A stretch of DNA of 64,000 bases from Amoebophrya sp. A120 (lineage: Eukaryota > Protista > Dinoflagellata). The DNA is taken from assembly GCA_905178155.1 (NCBI GenBank), contig CAJINV010000019.1, forward strand, positions 1,100,913 to 1,164,912, in the 5' to 3' direction. The position numbers and the translations under genes were made by a program. Positions 1 to 13,064 of the stretch are shown here, piece by piece. Each line of letters opens with the position of its first letter. Positions within the stretch are counted from its first letter, which is position 1. Below the pieces are notes generated by a model. That model was not told the origin of the DNA. It worked only from the letters and a program-made list of their open reading frames with translations, and made no database searches.

Positions 1-2226
1 GAGGGTCTAGTACAGCTGCCGTTTGATCTACTTACAAACGTACGAGCCCACAGGCACGGGATGAGAGAAGCAATATCTTTTCCCAGAGAAAAAGACAAAT
101 TGCGCGGGTGGCTAGTAGGAGAGGATTAGTAAGTAGATGCACTTACTTACTCCGAAACGAAATGAGTTTGCTTGCTTGTTTTATGTGATACAGTGGGACC
201 ACGACACGAAAAGTTTTTACGAACAAGTGGAATCGCAATGAATTCGCGAGAGACTGTAAAGTAAATAAATATAAAAACAGTTTTTGAAAAGGATATAATG
301 AGTAGAGTAAAGAATTCATCTGATATACCTCGTTGCAATAGTGCTTGGAGCTTTCTCCGATTTTTCATCGGCTCTACCTACTGACTCCACGCACAGATGG
401 TCCACCTCACGCACTGCACGACCGACGAAAGATAAGTAAGTGCTGTGTGGAATCCACCGATTTTTGCGTTCGCACGGTCCAGTTTAGTGTTGCACGAAAG
501 TTCAACGAAGAACCGAAGTGACTGTCTTGAACGAGAAAGAACCGAGGACGAGATTCTTCTGAAAACAGATTTACCGAACATGTACTTTCTTGGGCGCGTG
601 TAAGTAGAAGTTGCGTTGGAACGTAGAACCGATGCGGTTGCTGAGAAGTACAAGAACTATAATCGCTGGTATCCTTACGAATTTTTTCACAACATAAGTT
701 AAGTACTACGTGCGCACGATCATGACACCAACTACAGGAGATGGACAAGAAGAACAACAACTTAAACTGAGCTTAATACTGCGCCGTCTTCTTGGGAAGA
801 TGTCGACGGACGGCAGTTCAAGAGAGACTGCGCCAGCTTGTTCGGCGTCCTGATCAAATTTTTGCAATTCTCGTCGCATTCCACATCCACTTCATCGTAC
901 AGGAGGAAATAAGAACTGAAAGATTCTTCTTCTTGTTCCGGAAAAATCTCATAAGTACACCCTCTTGTTTCATCGTCCAGAACTTTATCTACGTCGAAGA
1001 TTCTTCGACGACCACTGCGCAGGCGCAGGGGTTCTACTTCTTTATTTTTTTCGCTTTCATAAACTAGTATCCTTGAAAAACTTGTGTTCGAAGATGTTGA
1101 GCAGGATCATAGATAAGTAGTCCCTGGAGGGACCACCGGTTCTTCTTGCAACTCGAAATAAACTACGAGTCTGGTTCTTTCTTTGACACGGAGGTGACAG
1201 TTGTGACACGACGTTGCATAGAATATGTTCGTAGTTTCAGTTGCAGTCGCAGTTTCCCATGCTGCCACATCAACAGCGCTCGTTTCAAATAAAAACAGCC
1301 TGCTGAGGACCTTTTCGTTCGACTAATCCTGTTTAAAACTTTTGTCCGACGCCTTCTGCCCACCGGCCACGGAGGGGCCGAGGAATTCGTGTTTTTCTAT
1401 TGCATTGTTGAAGACGGTAACTTTGATAAAAAGATTGTTCCCCTGCTCGCGAAAGCAGGAAGTGAAGTTAAACGAAAAATAAGTGCGATATATTGAGACT
1501 ACGGAAACAGGATCCAGCACCAGGGCGCTTTGTAAGGTGCCAGAATCTTTGCTGGGTTCTCACAACAGCCGCCCTGGGTCTACTTCTTCACATGCTGCTC
1601 TGGCGCGTCAACATTTGGCGTGAATAAAAGTCGACTAGATGAACCAGAGATGCTGCAGCGAAGTACAGATACTCTCTGATGAACGAATTTTATGGTTTCA
1701 GATTCTTTAGTATGGTTTTAGAAGTTTTAGGAACAAAAATTACTTATTAATGCGTCTAAATAATATGAAACGAAATGAATCTACTTCACAGACGATCCTT
1801 TCGGCCAGCAACGGCCACCGCAGGTGTCGCACACGGAGGTCGCGAGGAAGAGTAGTTGCACAAACGATATACAGGAGCTCAACCGCTTATTTGGAAGAGG
1901 TGCTCGTCCTCGTCACGGATCTTCAGCTAGAAGTGGTTGACACGTATAGAAACACCACCAGTACGGAGTCGTACCCGTAGAAGAGGCGCTCAGTACAACA
2001 ACTTCAACTTCTCGTCCTCGCGGTAAATCAATAAAGTGGGCGAGTTTATTTCTTGCAGTCGTGTTTTGAAAAAACCCGTAGTATCCTATAATTCATTGTT
2101 GTTGTGCCTACAAGTCCCTCCTGCTCATTCGAGCTCAAGAGCACGACATAAAGTCCCTATAACTTCCAGCAGCGACCAACCGAATCTCCTCGTCCCTTCG
2201 TCGTGTTTATTGCGACAGCACCCTCT

Positions 2227-5200
2227 TCACCGTCGCCGATCGTAGTCCGGGCGGCTGTAGCCCCTGCCGGTGTTTCTGGCGGACTGGTCCACATCGTTAT
2301 TCCCCAGATCCATGTCCGCGGATCCCGCGCTGGCGCTGCCCTGCCCGCGCGCGTGGCCACTGCCGCTGCTGGGGCTGCCGGAAAAGTCCTCCGGCCGGCT
2401 GCGGTTCCCCCCGCCACCGACCTGCTGGCCGGGGAGGTTGGCGCGGCCCCGCCGCCCGGGGGCGGAGGCTTGGCTGCTGTGCTGCTGGTTGCCCGGTATC
2501 AACTGCAAAAGTGTCTGGGTCTGGAAGAATGCCAGACTTGTCATGCAGGTTTTCCATGACCCACGAGCTCTGGCATGAAGGACATAGCATGACAGATTCT
2601 GTGAGAGTTCTATCATGCCTATCCTGCATGAGAATCTGCCTCTCGATTAGGTTAAAAATGGACAGCTTTTGGTAATTATGCAACACAGATTTTTACATCA
2701 TTCAGATTTAGCATGACAAGTTGTTTTGTTCCAGACCCAGACATTTTTACGTTTGATATCCGGGCTGCTGTGGCGACTCGGCTGTCCACCCTGCTGGTCG
2801 TGGCTGCTGCTCTGCATGCCCATCGTGTTGGCGAACCGAAACCCGGAACTGCGGTCCAGGCCGCCCGACCGTTGCTGCTGGTAGCCCGAATACATCTGGT
2901 AGCCGGAACCCCGGGCGGAGCCCATGCCGGAGGAGGCCATGCTGTTCTCGCCCATGCCGGGCGAGAATTCCTATCATTTGTAAAAACGTCCCCACACCAG
3001 AGTCAAGATGGGAAACCTGCTACACAAATCAGCCAGCTTTGGTCGTTTGGCATGACAAATTTGTCCTCGTAGTGTGATCCTGTTTAGGTAGTTCAGCGGC
3101 ATCACAGATCTAGTATATCATGCTGATTATATATAGCGTCACAAAATCCAAAACACGACTAGAAAATGCCTCTCATGGCGCTCCGCGTGACAAACTTTTT
3201 TGGCATGCAGATCTACATGACAACTCTGGGGTGGGGACATTTTTACTCAAGATAATTCCGGCCGCACGTTCAGGTTGTCGTACCGGTAATTCACATCGTC
3301 CGCATTGTCGTCTACCATCGCTGTAGTTGTTGGTGTATCATTCATTCGATGTACTTTTGCATCTTCACGCACCACTTGCATCAGAAACGCGCACTCCACT
3401 GCGCCAAGCGCACGTTGACAAAGGAGCAAATAAACGCAAAGAACTTAATATCGCAAGATGTAGATGAAAGCGCATTGTTCTTGTAAAAATGTCAATCGAG
3501 TAAGTACACGAACATCAAAAATCTGCGTTGTACTACGTAAGTACACGGCTTCCAGAAGATGAAGTCAAGTATGCAATTATATACCTGATGTTCCGAATTG
3601 CTGCATATTCTGCGCTCGCTTTTTCCTTTGCTCGTCTTCGTCCATTTGGTGGGTAAAGTCCTGCCCGAACATGACGGGGGTCTGCTGATTTCTGAATTCT
3701 TCCTGCTTCAGTTCCTCCTGGAGGTCCTTTTCTTGCTTGCCCAGTCGGCTTGTGTCCGGCTTAAATTTCTTCCGGGCCGGGTTGCCGAAATCGTCGTTCC
3801 ACTGGTCATCGGCGATGGCCTGCTTCTTTTGCTTGTTAATAGTCGCGTGCCCTCGTACCATCATCTCCGTATCGCAGACAATGTCGAATTCGTTGGTACC
3901 AATGTTCGGCAACTGCCCGAGAATAATGTTCTCGGAAACGCCCTTGCAGTGGTCGACCTGGAAGTTTGTTTCAAAATCAAACCAATTGCATCAATTCATT
4001 TCATGACAAAAATTCCTTCCACGGTTCCACCATACTACTTCATTCAGCCTGTCGATCTACCTCACATAATAAAGTCTACTTTTCGATACCAAAATTTCGT
4101 TTCGTCGTGTAAAGAGAAGTACGTAGTACAAAGCTGTGGTTGTACACGACGTGATTCTTGTAATGTATACATTTCATAGTAGCCTAGTTGAAAATATCAG
4201 TGAAAGAAGATTTTTCTACCTGTCCAAACATGGCCGCTTCCATCAACATTTCCACGGTTTCTTCAAACGAGCACTTCATGAGCGGGCCGTGGTCCGCCCG
4301 GTTCACGCCGTGTCGACTGATGGCCATCAGGTGCCCGCGGTTTGACATGGTGTCACACAGCACCGCCAAGTGCCGGTAGTTCACGTAGGCGCCGTCGAAG
4401 GAAATGACCGCCTTCACTTCGTCGTGTAGCTTCTTTCGCACCGCTTCGACGCCTGAGGTGTTGAGGAGGGTTCATTCTTATGTGCTGGACGCAGAATAAT
4501 TGTAAATTGATAAAGCCTTTTCTTTTGTACCGAACATACGTTGGATTGTTCTTCCACGTTGTATTTCCAGAACTGGAAATACCCCTTCCTTTCGTCACGT
4601 GAGAAGAAGATACATGCGCGCCAGATGTAGTGAAGAGGCGTGCACAGAGGCTGCTGGCATTCTTGATGTACACTTTCCTTGTAGAAGATGAAAAGTTGCT
4701 TGTTCTATAAAAAGTAAGTAGCAGTTGTACCTAAAACTTGCATGATCTCCACAACGTCATTGCTGGTGGTTCTCCTGGCGTCGATCTGTTCGATCTGCAG
4801 GATTTCCTCCAAATTGCACCCCTCCGTGTCAAGCAGCCACTCCTTTTCCGCTCGGTCCCTCCGCGGGAACTCGCCCGTGGTTTCGTCGTACTTCACGACG
4901 TTCTCTTCCCGCATGAACACCTTGCGAATGCCGTGGACCCCCTTCAGCACCATATCCTTCAAAATGTCCCGCTCTATGTTCTTCAGGAACCGGCAGTCCT
5001 TATCCTCATCCTCCTCCGCAGCCTGCTGCAGGTCGTCAAAATCGTCCCCCGCGTTTTGCTCCTTCACGATACGGAGGCGCAGGACCAGTTCGTCCGCGTT
5101 GTCGTCGGTAAAAATGCAGTTCAAGTCGCCCATAAAGTCGTTGATGATGCGCTCGTATGAACTGCAAAAGTATCGCACTCGTAGTATTGCAATACAAATC

Positions 5201-8200
5201 AGCTCAGCATGACAAATGGAATCTGTCATGCTCACTTAGGTTGAACAAGAAACTTGTCTTGCATGACTGCGATTAGTACGAGTACGATGCTTTTGCACAG
5301 GATAGCTCGCCGACCTCGCGCATCGAGAGTTTCTTATCCGTCATCACCTTGTTGTCCAGCTGGATGCGGAGCACCCAGGGAGAAAGCCGGTCCCGGTTGT
5401 CTTCTTCGTCGGGGAGCTCGTAGTACTCGCCCACCCATTCGCGATCCTCGGGCACAATGGTTTGGTCGGGCTCAGGGTCGTAAAAGATCTGTAGTGCGAG
5501 AACAAGTAGAGGAAATGCGAGCGGTCTCTTTTTAAAAACGTATCAAAACAAAAATCTGTTTCGAATCCACCCCAAAAAGTAGATCTCTATTTTCTACAGT
5601 TTAGCTGGCCCTCTATCACAAAGGAAGCGCAAGGGACAGATGCAGATCTTGGTCGCATCTTCGTCCGCCATTTACGTCACAAAATCCAAATCACTCGCAC
5701 GGAAATATATATCAAACGGTCAAGAAGTGTTGTACTATGAAATTGCATCGATAGATTGCATCTGCTTCTGCTGTACTAAATGAACAGAACTATCTATCCA
5801 GGAAAAAAACTGTGTTAGTATATTGAAAACTAAAATCCCAAAGGGAAGATATAACTTTCTATGGCTAACAGCATCACAAATTTGCTGTACATGACAGAGA
5901 AAACCCGTCATGCGTGACCTGTAAGGGAAAACACACATGAAAAGAGGACGTCATGGCTGTCTGGCATGACAGGTGTAACTCTGTTGCATGTCCTGCATCA
6001 CAGAGTTACACTTACACGGTTTTTTTCTTGCATACTATCTACAAATTTTATACCTGTGAAAAACTGGTGATTTTCTCGAGAGTGGTGTGTTCGATATGCG
6101 CCTGGACATTTTTCGCCGCCTGTTTGGATTTGGACACTTCGGGGACTAAATAACAGGTCAGCGAGGGGGTTTTCACGGTCTTCGCCACGTTGATAATCTC
6201 CTTCAACCGCGGCACGCCAAGGGTAACGTTCTTGGACCCAACCTGTTGAGAAATATTTCAGTATCATTGAAAATTGTATTAGAATAGTCAGGTGGAACGA
6301 CAGCAGCCTGCACCACGACGGGGGTGCACTCGGTCGGGGGCGACGAGCCACGACGGTGACATATTATCATTCTTGAACGCGCCTACTGCTACTTACTTCT
6401 TGAGAACATTTGTCCAACACCAGCATGAGCATCGTCAAAACAACTTAAAATTTTTCCTGCAGGGGTAGAACCAATGAGGCAAGAAAAACCAAAAGTAAAC
6501 ATCCACTAAATACCCCGGCAAAGTGGAAGGTGTTTAGTGTCATCTGTGTGGCCGGTTCTCCGACGGACTGCGCAGCGATGGTCCCGACCATCTCGCCCGC
6601 TTGCGCCAGCGACCGTTCGAATTTGTCCTTGATTTCCCCGAGGAGCCAGTCCAGGGACCGTTTTGTCAGCTTGTCCTGCTCGAGCACGCGTCGACTGTTT
6701 AACCGTGTGCGCAGGTGGGCGTTAAGCACGATCATACTGTTGTTTAAAGTCTCCAGACCGAGCTCGTCCGACTCGTCCAACCCCTTAATGGTCTGGAGGG
6801 AGTCCATCAGGGCATTCACCTTGTTGATGATCTGCACCGGCGTGTAGTACTCCAGATCGCCTGCTTCCGTTCTCAGATCTTGCTCAAAGATCATCTGCGA
6901 TGTCTTCACCAGTCGGTCGATCGGAACCGGCAAGTGCTGCTTCGCCTCGCCATCCGGATAGATCTCCTGGCAGAGTTTGCGCTTGTAGTTCTTCAGCCGA
7001 TCGTACTCCTCGTCCATAATTTTTCGGTCCGCGGTGCGCCGCCCCTCCTGCAGCTCCTTGAGCCAGAGGCTGTTGTCGTCGCCGAGCAGCCAGTTCTTGC
7101 CGTAGTCGGGGGATTATCAAATGTAAAAATGTCCGGGTCTGGAAGATTCTGACACTTGTCATGCACGTTTTGCATGAGCCATGATGTCTGTGATGCATAC
7201 CCTAGCAATACAGATTTTTTGAGGGCTTCTTGATGCCTATTCCGCATGACAAATGTCTTCTCAGCGTAGAAAAAATTGCATTCCCTTTGCTAGTACTCAT
7301 GCAATACAGATTTTCTTGGAATCCAAATGTAGCACCACAAGTTGCATTCTTCCAGACCCAGACATTTTTGCATTTGATAGAGATTCGTGGTTGTTGCGCA
7401 GCTTGTCGTCCACCTGTTTGTGGGACCACTTGATCAGATCCAAATCCTGGTCCTCAATGTAGACCGCGTCCATGCCGTCCTCCCCGTACAAAAACTGCAC
7501 AATGTCCTCATTGTCGTTCCGGACGGTGCCGTCGTATCGCACCTTCAGCGTTTCCATGGACTTCACCAGCCGGCGCTGAATGTACCCGGTTTCGGAGGTC
7601 TTCACCGCCGTGTCGATCACTCCCTCGCGACCACCCATCGCGTGAAAGTAAAGTTCCTCGGGCGTCAATCCGGCGAGGTAACTGTTCTCGACGAAGCCCC
7701 GGGACTCCGGCCCGTAGTCGTCTTTCGCAAAGTGCGGCAGCGTTCGGTCGCGGAAGCCGTTGGCGATCCGCTTCCCTTCGACGTTCTGCTGATATCCTGT
7801 GCACAAGTATCGCACTCGTACTAATTGCAATTATGCATGACAAATCGTGTCCTTAAGGTGAAACAGCATTACAAATTGAATTTCTCATGCTGAGGGAATT
7901 TGTAATGCATTTATACGAGTACGATACTTTTGCAGTTCATAGCTGACCCACGCAGGCAATAATCTGGGCGACGTTAATGTTCGAACCCTTGGAGCCGCAC
8001 TATCGAGTGCAAAAATGTCTGGGTCTGGAAGGGTTGGAACTTGTGATGCAAACTTTGGACTCTAAAAAAATCTGTATTGCATGACCAGGAAGAGGAGCCA
8101 CATTTGTGCTACGCGAGGAGGGCATTTGTCATCCGGAAATGGCATCAGGAAGCTTTCCAAAAATCTGTGATGCTGGGTCATGCATTACAAGCATCATGGG

Positions 8201-11200
8201 TCATGCCAGACAAGCATGACAAGCCTTCTATTCTTCCAGACCCACACATTTTTGCATTTGATACGCACGTCACCATCGCAATAATGTTATTCCGCTCATC
8301 CAGGGAGTCGGAACCTGTGAAGATGTGTTGGGCAAAGCGTCAGATGATGAAGGAAGAATTGAATATTTTTGTCGATCGCAGTAGTTCCCCTCCTTGCACA
8401 GGTGGCATCTTCTTCGTGAGGAAGTAGGGAAGAAGTAGAGCGACGTCTTCAACTTTTATTATTGGCGCGGTTCTTTCAACATTGAATTCATTAGCTTCAG
8501 CGTTCCGTAATGTTCACGGTACAACTGCATCTGCTCTGTATTCAGAACTTGCAACGAGCAGCACCGTGCGGCTCCTTCGATACACCGGCGGCACTACTTC
8601 GGTACAACTACTTCTGCATGCAAGCAGGAATAATTCTAGTAATTGCGACAAAAACCATAAACACGAAGAGACACCAGCATCACTTAGCTACAGAAAAATT
8701 TCTCTATTATACCGATTCGCCCCGCCTCCTCGCGCGCACTGTTCAGGGACTGATTCACGGCGTGCTCGAAGGATTGGTGCATGGTTTTTCCTGGCTGCGT
8801 GTCCAACTCTCCGCGCTGGGCCTTGGCCACCGTTTCGGCCACCTTGTCCTTCGCGCCCCGCAGCGTCTCGGCCACCCGCTGCATCGTCTCGTCGTTGGCC
8901 ACAATATCCGCGCACCCGCACGTAAACCCGTGGTGCAGCAGCCAGGTGTTTACCATCTTTTGGATGTAAGAAATCAAAATCTTACACGCCTCCGGACCGT
9001 GGTCGAGCCAGGTCAAGTGCAAAACACCCCCGGATTGGGTACCTGAGTCGATGAGGAGAGGTTCTTTCAGATGGAAAATCAAAGAACGCAGTGAGTTGTG
9101 TGATTCCTTTTCCTGCACAGAGCTGCATGAAATTTCGATCGCGACCGGTAGAAATAGCACTTCTCCGCATGACGTCTTCCATTTTTTTGCGATAGGTCAT
9201 GATAAAATGAAATGTCACTAATCTTTTGCTTTTCGAAATCTATCAATTATGCACATTAATCCGCAGGACCAGAATAATTACCAACGATTTTTTTGTCCAC
9301 CCGTCCGCAGACGACTTGACCTATCACACAGAAAAAAACTGGCAGGTCATATTTGTAATGCAGAAATAAATAGACAAGAAAACTTGTATTGCATAGCATG
9401 CTACAACGAGATCGCCCATGACCTGTGTATTTATTTTTGCATTACAAATGTGCCCTGCCAGCTTTTTTCTGTGGGATATGACCGTCGCGGATCACGCACT
9501 TGTGATCGGACTTCGAAAACATGGCGTTGTATCAAAGTGAAAAATCCCCCCACCCCATAGTCAAACTAGAAATTTGTGATGCAGATCTGTGGCCACAAAT
9601 CAGCTTTGTCATGCTAGAAGGGAAAAGATGCGGACTGTAGTGATGGCTGGCCTGGGAAAGCCTTGCATCTTCAGCATGACAAGGGGCAGCTGGAAGTGGG
9701 AAACAGCATGACAACTTGCCTGCAAAGGAGGCCACAGCTGCGTCTCTTGGCCTTCTAGCATTACAAGTCGATTTGTGTACTCAAATACAGCACCACAAAT
9801 TTCAATTTCGATGTGGGGAGGGGGAATTTTTCCTTTTGATACGTTGTCACCCTTGTTTTTCGCCGCCACGCCGTTGTCTTTCGTGACGTTCAGTCGTGGC
9901 TTTAACAGCAGCGAGAAAATCTGCTTCCCGGACCACAGCGGCTCCGGCTTCAGGATGCAGGGGATGGGCACCTGGCCGTTCCAGTCCGGCAGCGTGAGGC
10001 AGAGCGAAAACACCGCGTCCCGGGTCAACAGCGTGTCGCGCTTGGTAAACTTGGACACGGCGAGGCAGGCATCCTGCACGATGCCCATCACCGGCTTGTT
10101 GCCCTGGGGAGACACCTATCAAGTGCAAATATGTCTGACTCTGGAAATTTGTGATGCATGTGAGTGAACAGAAAGCGCGCTGTAATGCACCGCCAAGCAT
10201 GACAGATTTTCTCGTGGCCCTGTGTTGCGTATTCCGCATGAGAAACATGGTTTTTGCATGACAGACAAGAGGAGGTCTTCGCGGCCACGCAATACAGAGT
10301 TCTGAGTCATGCCAAACTAGCATGAGAAGTCTCGCAATCTTCCAGACCCAGACATATTTGCAATGCATAAGACCATTTGCTTGGGCACCAGCATGATGTG
10401 CTTGATTTCCGCGCGGGTCTCGTGACTCTGCGCCAGGTGCAGGTTCATCTCGTCGCCGTCGAAGTCCGCGTTATAGGGGCTGGTCGCAGACAAATTGAGG
10501 CGGAAGGTGCTGTAGGGCAAAATCTTCGCCCGGTGCCCCATCATACTCATCTTGTGCAGCGAGGGCTGCCGGTTGAACACCACAAAGTCGTTGTCCACCA
10601 TGTGCCGCTCCACCTTGTCGCCGATTTGCAGAAACCCGGCGGCCTCCTGGTCGTTCTCGGGGACGTGCGTATACCGCAGATCGATCGTGCTCCCGTCCGG
10701 CTTCTTGATGAACTTCGCCCCCGGCCACTCCGTGGGCCCGTTGCGGACCGCTTTAAGGAGCTTCTTGAAGGTGATGGAGGTCACCCGCTCGGGGAAGGTC
10801 AGGTTGAAGGCGATGGACCGCGGCACGCCGACCTGATCAATGTCCAACATGGGATCCCCACCAATGACCGTTCGCGCCGAGAAGTCCACGCGCTTGCCCA
10901 TCAAGTGGCCGCGCAACCGGCCCTCCTTGCCCTTGAGCCGCTCGCGGATGGACTTGATCGGCTTGCGGGACTTGGTGGTCGCCTGGGGGAGGGACTGGAT
11001 GTTGTTGTCGCACAGAGTGTAGATGTGGTACTGCAGCAGGTTCGCGAACTCCTGACACACGTGCTTGCCGCTGCCCATCTGCAGCTGCTGCTTCAGCGTC
11101 AGGTTGGCCTTCAGCAGGTCCAGAAGCTTGGCCGTCAGGTCGTCCTCACTGCGGTCGGTGCCGAAGGAAACTGTGGGTCGCACCGGGGGCGGTGGGACGG

Positions 11201-13064
11201 GAAAGACGGTCAAAATCAGCCACGCGGGGTCTGACTTGCCCGGAATGAAACCCATGGCCAGCTTGTCGCGGTCCGAAATGTTGCTCAGAATGCGGTACGC
11301 CTCCTCCCCAGTCAGTTGCCCTGTTTTGGTCGTTTTTCAAATTTTACTAGGATGTTGGCCATGATATTGAAGCACCACGGATTCATTATTAGTTGTGCCG
11401 CGGTACACAGGACGGTACTGGAGCACTAAACGAAAAATGAAATGATCTGTATCTACTTCCATAAAAATACGTTTTCTATCCTTGTTTTCCCCCTCGTCTG
11501 TCTCGTCCTCTGGGAAAACGACGAACACTTGCGCCCCCTCCTGCACTATGGATTGCAAAAATGTCTGGGTCTGGAAGGTTGTAACTTGTGATGCTATCTT
11601 CGGATTCCAAAAAAATCTGTAATGCATGACCAGCAAGAGGCTCAGTTTTTGCCACGGCGAGAGGGCATTTCTCATGCGTAATTAGCATTAAGAAGCTTTC
11701 AAAAAATCTGTGATGCTAGAACCAGCATCACAGACCTCACGGATCATGCAAAATGTGCATGACAAGCCCCGACTCTTCCAGACCCAGACATTTTTGCATT
11801 TGATATGCACGTATTTTGGTTGCGCATAGCCGCACCCGGAGGTCGCACTCGCCATTACTTCCAGGTCTTATGGATGTGTCAGAGTTGAAATCGACAAAGT
11901 TGAAACAATTTGCCATGCATAAAATGAATGCCAATTAGACCTGCAGTTTGTAGTCGGTGCATGACAAATTTTCCTGGTCCTGGAAGCGAGTCTGTCATGC
12001 GGTTTAGGGCAAAAGAGCTGCCTTCTGTCATGCTAGTCAGCAGTTCAACTGTTGACCCTTACCAGGACTATTATCTGCCTCCCTTGCGTCCTCTGCAATA
12101 GAGTCACATTTTGTATCGCATTTTATGCATTACAAGTTATTTCAACTTTGTCGATTTCAACTCTGACACATCCATAGGTCTTCCCCGTTTTGTATTGCCT
12201 GCTGATCCGTCACGAACGGACACCGCTTCTTACTTCGGCAAAGAGCGCATACCTGCAGGTGGATGGTTTTAAATTATAATCAAATTTCAAATTTGTGCTT
12301 TGTGGAGGAACGCACTACTGCTGAGCAAGGTGGCAAATAACGCAAAACGTGAGTCGCTGCATGTAGTCCCGGCGTGGTCGCCCTTCCAAGGCTATGTAGC
12401 GCCAGTACAAGCTCCAGGTCGTCTCGGACCAAGTCGGATCGAAGTCGAACAAACAACACAAAATCTAATATCAAAAGAAAAGCAAATACGTGCGCCAGTC
12501 GCTGCTTCATGTTCTTGGACTGTTGCGCCTTCTGGATGCCCAAGTCGTCGTAGGGCGTGAGTAAACGACTGCAGTAGTAACAAACGCAGCGCAGGCAACT
12601 GAGTGTCGTTTTTAAAAATCCCCAGGAAAACATGGGCTGCGCGAGCACGATGTGGCCAAAGTGCCCGGGACAGTTGTCCATGTTCATGCTGCAGGTGTCG
12701 CAGGGGGTCTGGTAGTCGATGGGGCCCATGCGCGGGTCGTTGAGCCCGCCGTAGGTGGGGAGCCCGCCCTCATAGGTGTTGGGGTTCACCACTTCACACA
12801 CCGACTGCTGGGTAATTTCGTCCGGGGACAGCACGGTGAACTATCCTGTGCAAAAGTATCGCACTCGTAGGAATCGCAGTTATGCATCACAAATCTCCAC
12901 TCCAAGGCAAAACAGCATGACAAATTCCATTTGTCATGCTGAGCTAATTTGTATTGCAATTACTACTAGTACGATAATTTTGCAGATCATATGAACCGCA
13001 CCGCGGCGATCTTCTTGTAGGGCGCCCGGGACTTGGGCACGTCCAGGTCGCTCACCGTCGTCAT
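2227..13064 (-). CDS. RPB1: DNA-directed RNA polymerase II largest subunit (multi-exon: ~9 GT-AG introns plus 12 exonic TAT..ATA element introns)
   Basis: Motifs [37 protein letters not shown], catalytic [56 protein letters not shown]. The frame is continuous after removing the elements. The 3' end (stop at 2227) is less certain. Confidence 0.96.
2497..2758. mobile_element. Introner family A (TIR TATcaaatgcaaaaatgtctgggtctggaa)
   Basis: Flanks cccgg/tccgg; interrupts RPB1 C-terminal exon; frame restored. Confidence 0.9.
2972..3254. mobile_element. Introner family D (TIR TATcctgagtaaaaacgtacccacaccagagt)
   Basis: TSD attcc/attcc; excision gives RPEFSPG. Confidence 0.9.
5156..5304. mobile_element. 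Introner family C (~150 bp; TIR TAT..tgcaaaagtatcgcactcgta)
   Basis: TSD gctcg/gctcg; excision gives EVGERIIND. Confidence 0.93.
5795..6034. mobile_element. Family F element nested in a GT-AG intron
   Basis: TSD ctatc/ctatc; partly decayed TIR; lies within RPB1 intron ~5489-6053. Confidence 0.8.
7115..7379. mobile_element. Introner family A
   Basis: Flanks gggat/gagat; excision gives NHESPDYGK. Confidence 0.92.
7793..7941. mobile_element. Introner family C
   Basis: TSD gctga/gctga; excision restores conserved [13 protein letters not shown]. Confidence 0.95.
8001..8263. mobile_element. Introner family A
   Basis: TSD cgcac/cgcac; excision restores [12 protein letters not shown]. Confidence 0.95.
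9322..9478. mobile_element. Introner family F (TATcacacagaaaaaa; long hairpin)
   Basis: TSD tgacc/tgacc; ~50 bp imperfect TIR; excision gives IRDGQVVCG. Confidence 0.92.
9530..9841. mobile_element. Introner family E (TIR TATcaaagtgaaaaatccccccaccccata)
   Basis: TSD cgttg/cgttg; excision gives GDNAMFSK. Confidence 0.92.
10117..10369. mobile_element. Introner family A
   Basis: Flanks acacc/agacc; excision restores [16 protein letters not shown]. Confidence 0.94.
11547..11805. mobile_element. Introner family A
   Basis: TSD tgcac/tgcac; excision gives QPKYVQEG. Confidence 0.93.
11869..12176. mobile_element. Introner family B (TIR TATggatgtgtcagagttgaaatcgacaaagttgaaa)
   Basis: Perfect ~37 bp TIR; TSD ggtct/ggtct; excision gives GEDLEVM. 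Confidence 0.94.
12842..12991. mobile_element. Introner family C
   Basis: TSD tgaac/tgaac; excision restores [11 protein letters not shown]. Confidence 0.95.

Noticed and set aside
1-2200. Short ORFs downstream of RPB1, also at 13.1-15.2 kb and 59.2-62.3 kb
   Set aside because: No recognisable homology or convincing exon chain; left unannotated, though weak genes cannot be excluded.
10377-11234. Long plus-strand ORFs antisense to RPB1, CWC25 and DDX18 exons
   Set aside because: Shadow ORFs caused by GC-rich codon usage of the minus-strand genes.
2227-13064. RPB1 and other genes as transposon-disrupted pseudogenes
   Set aside because: The exon junctions I assembled stay in frame without stops and catalytic motifs are intact, so the insertions appear tolerated.
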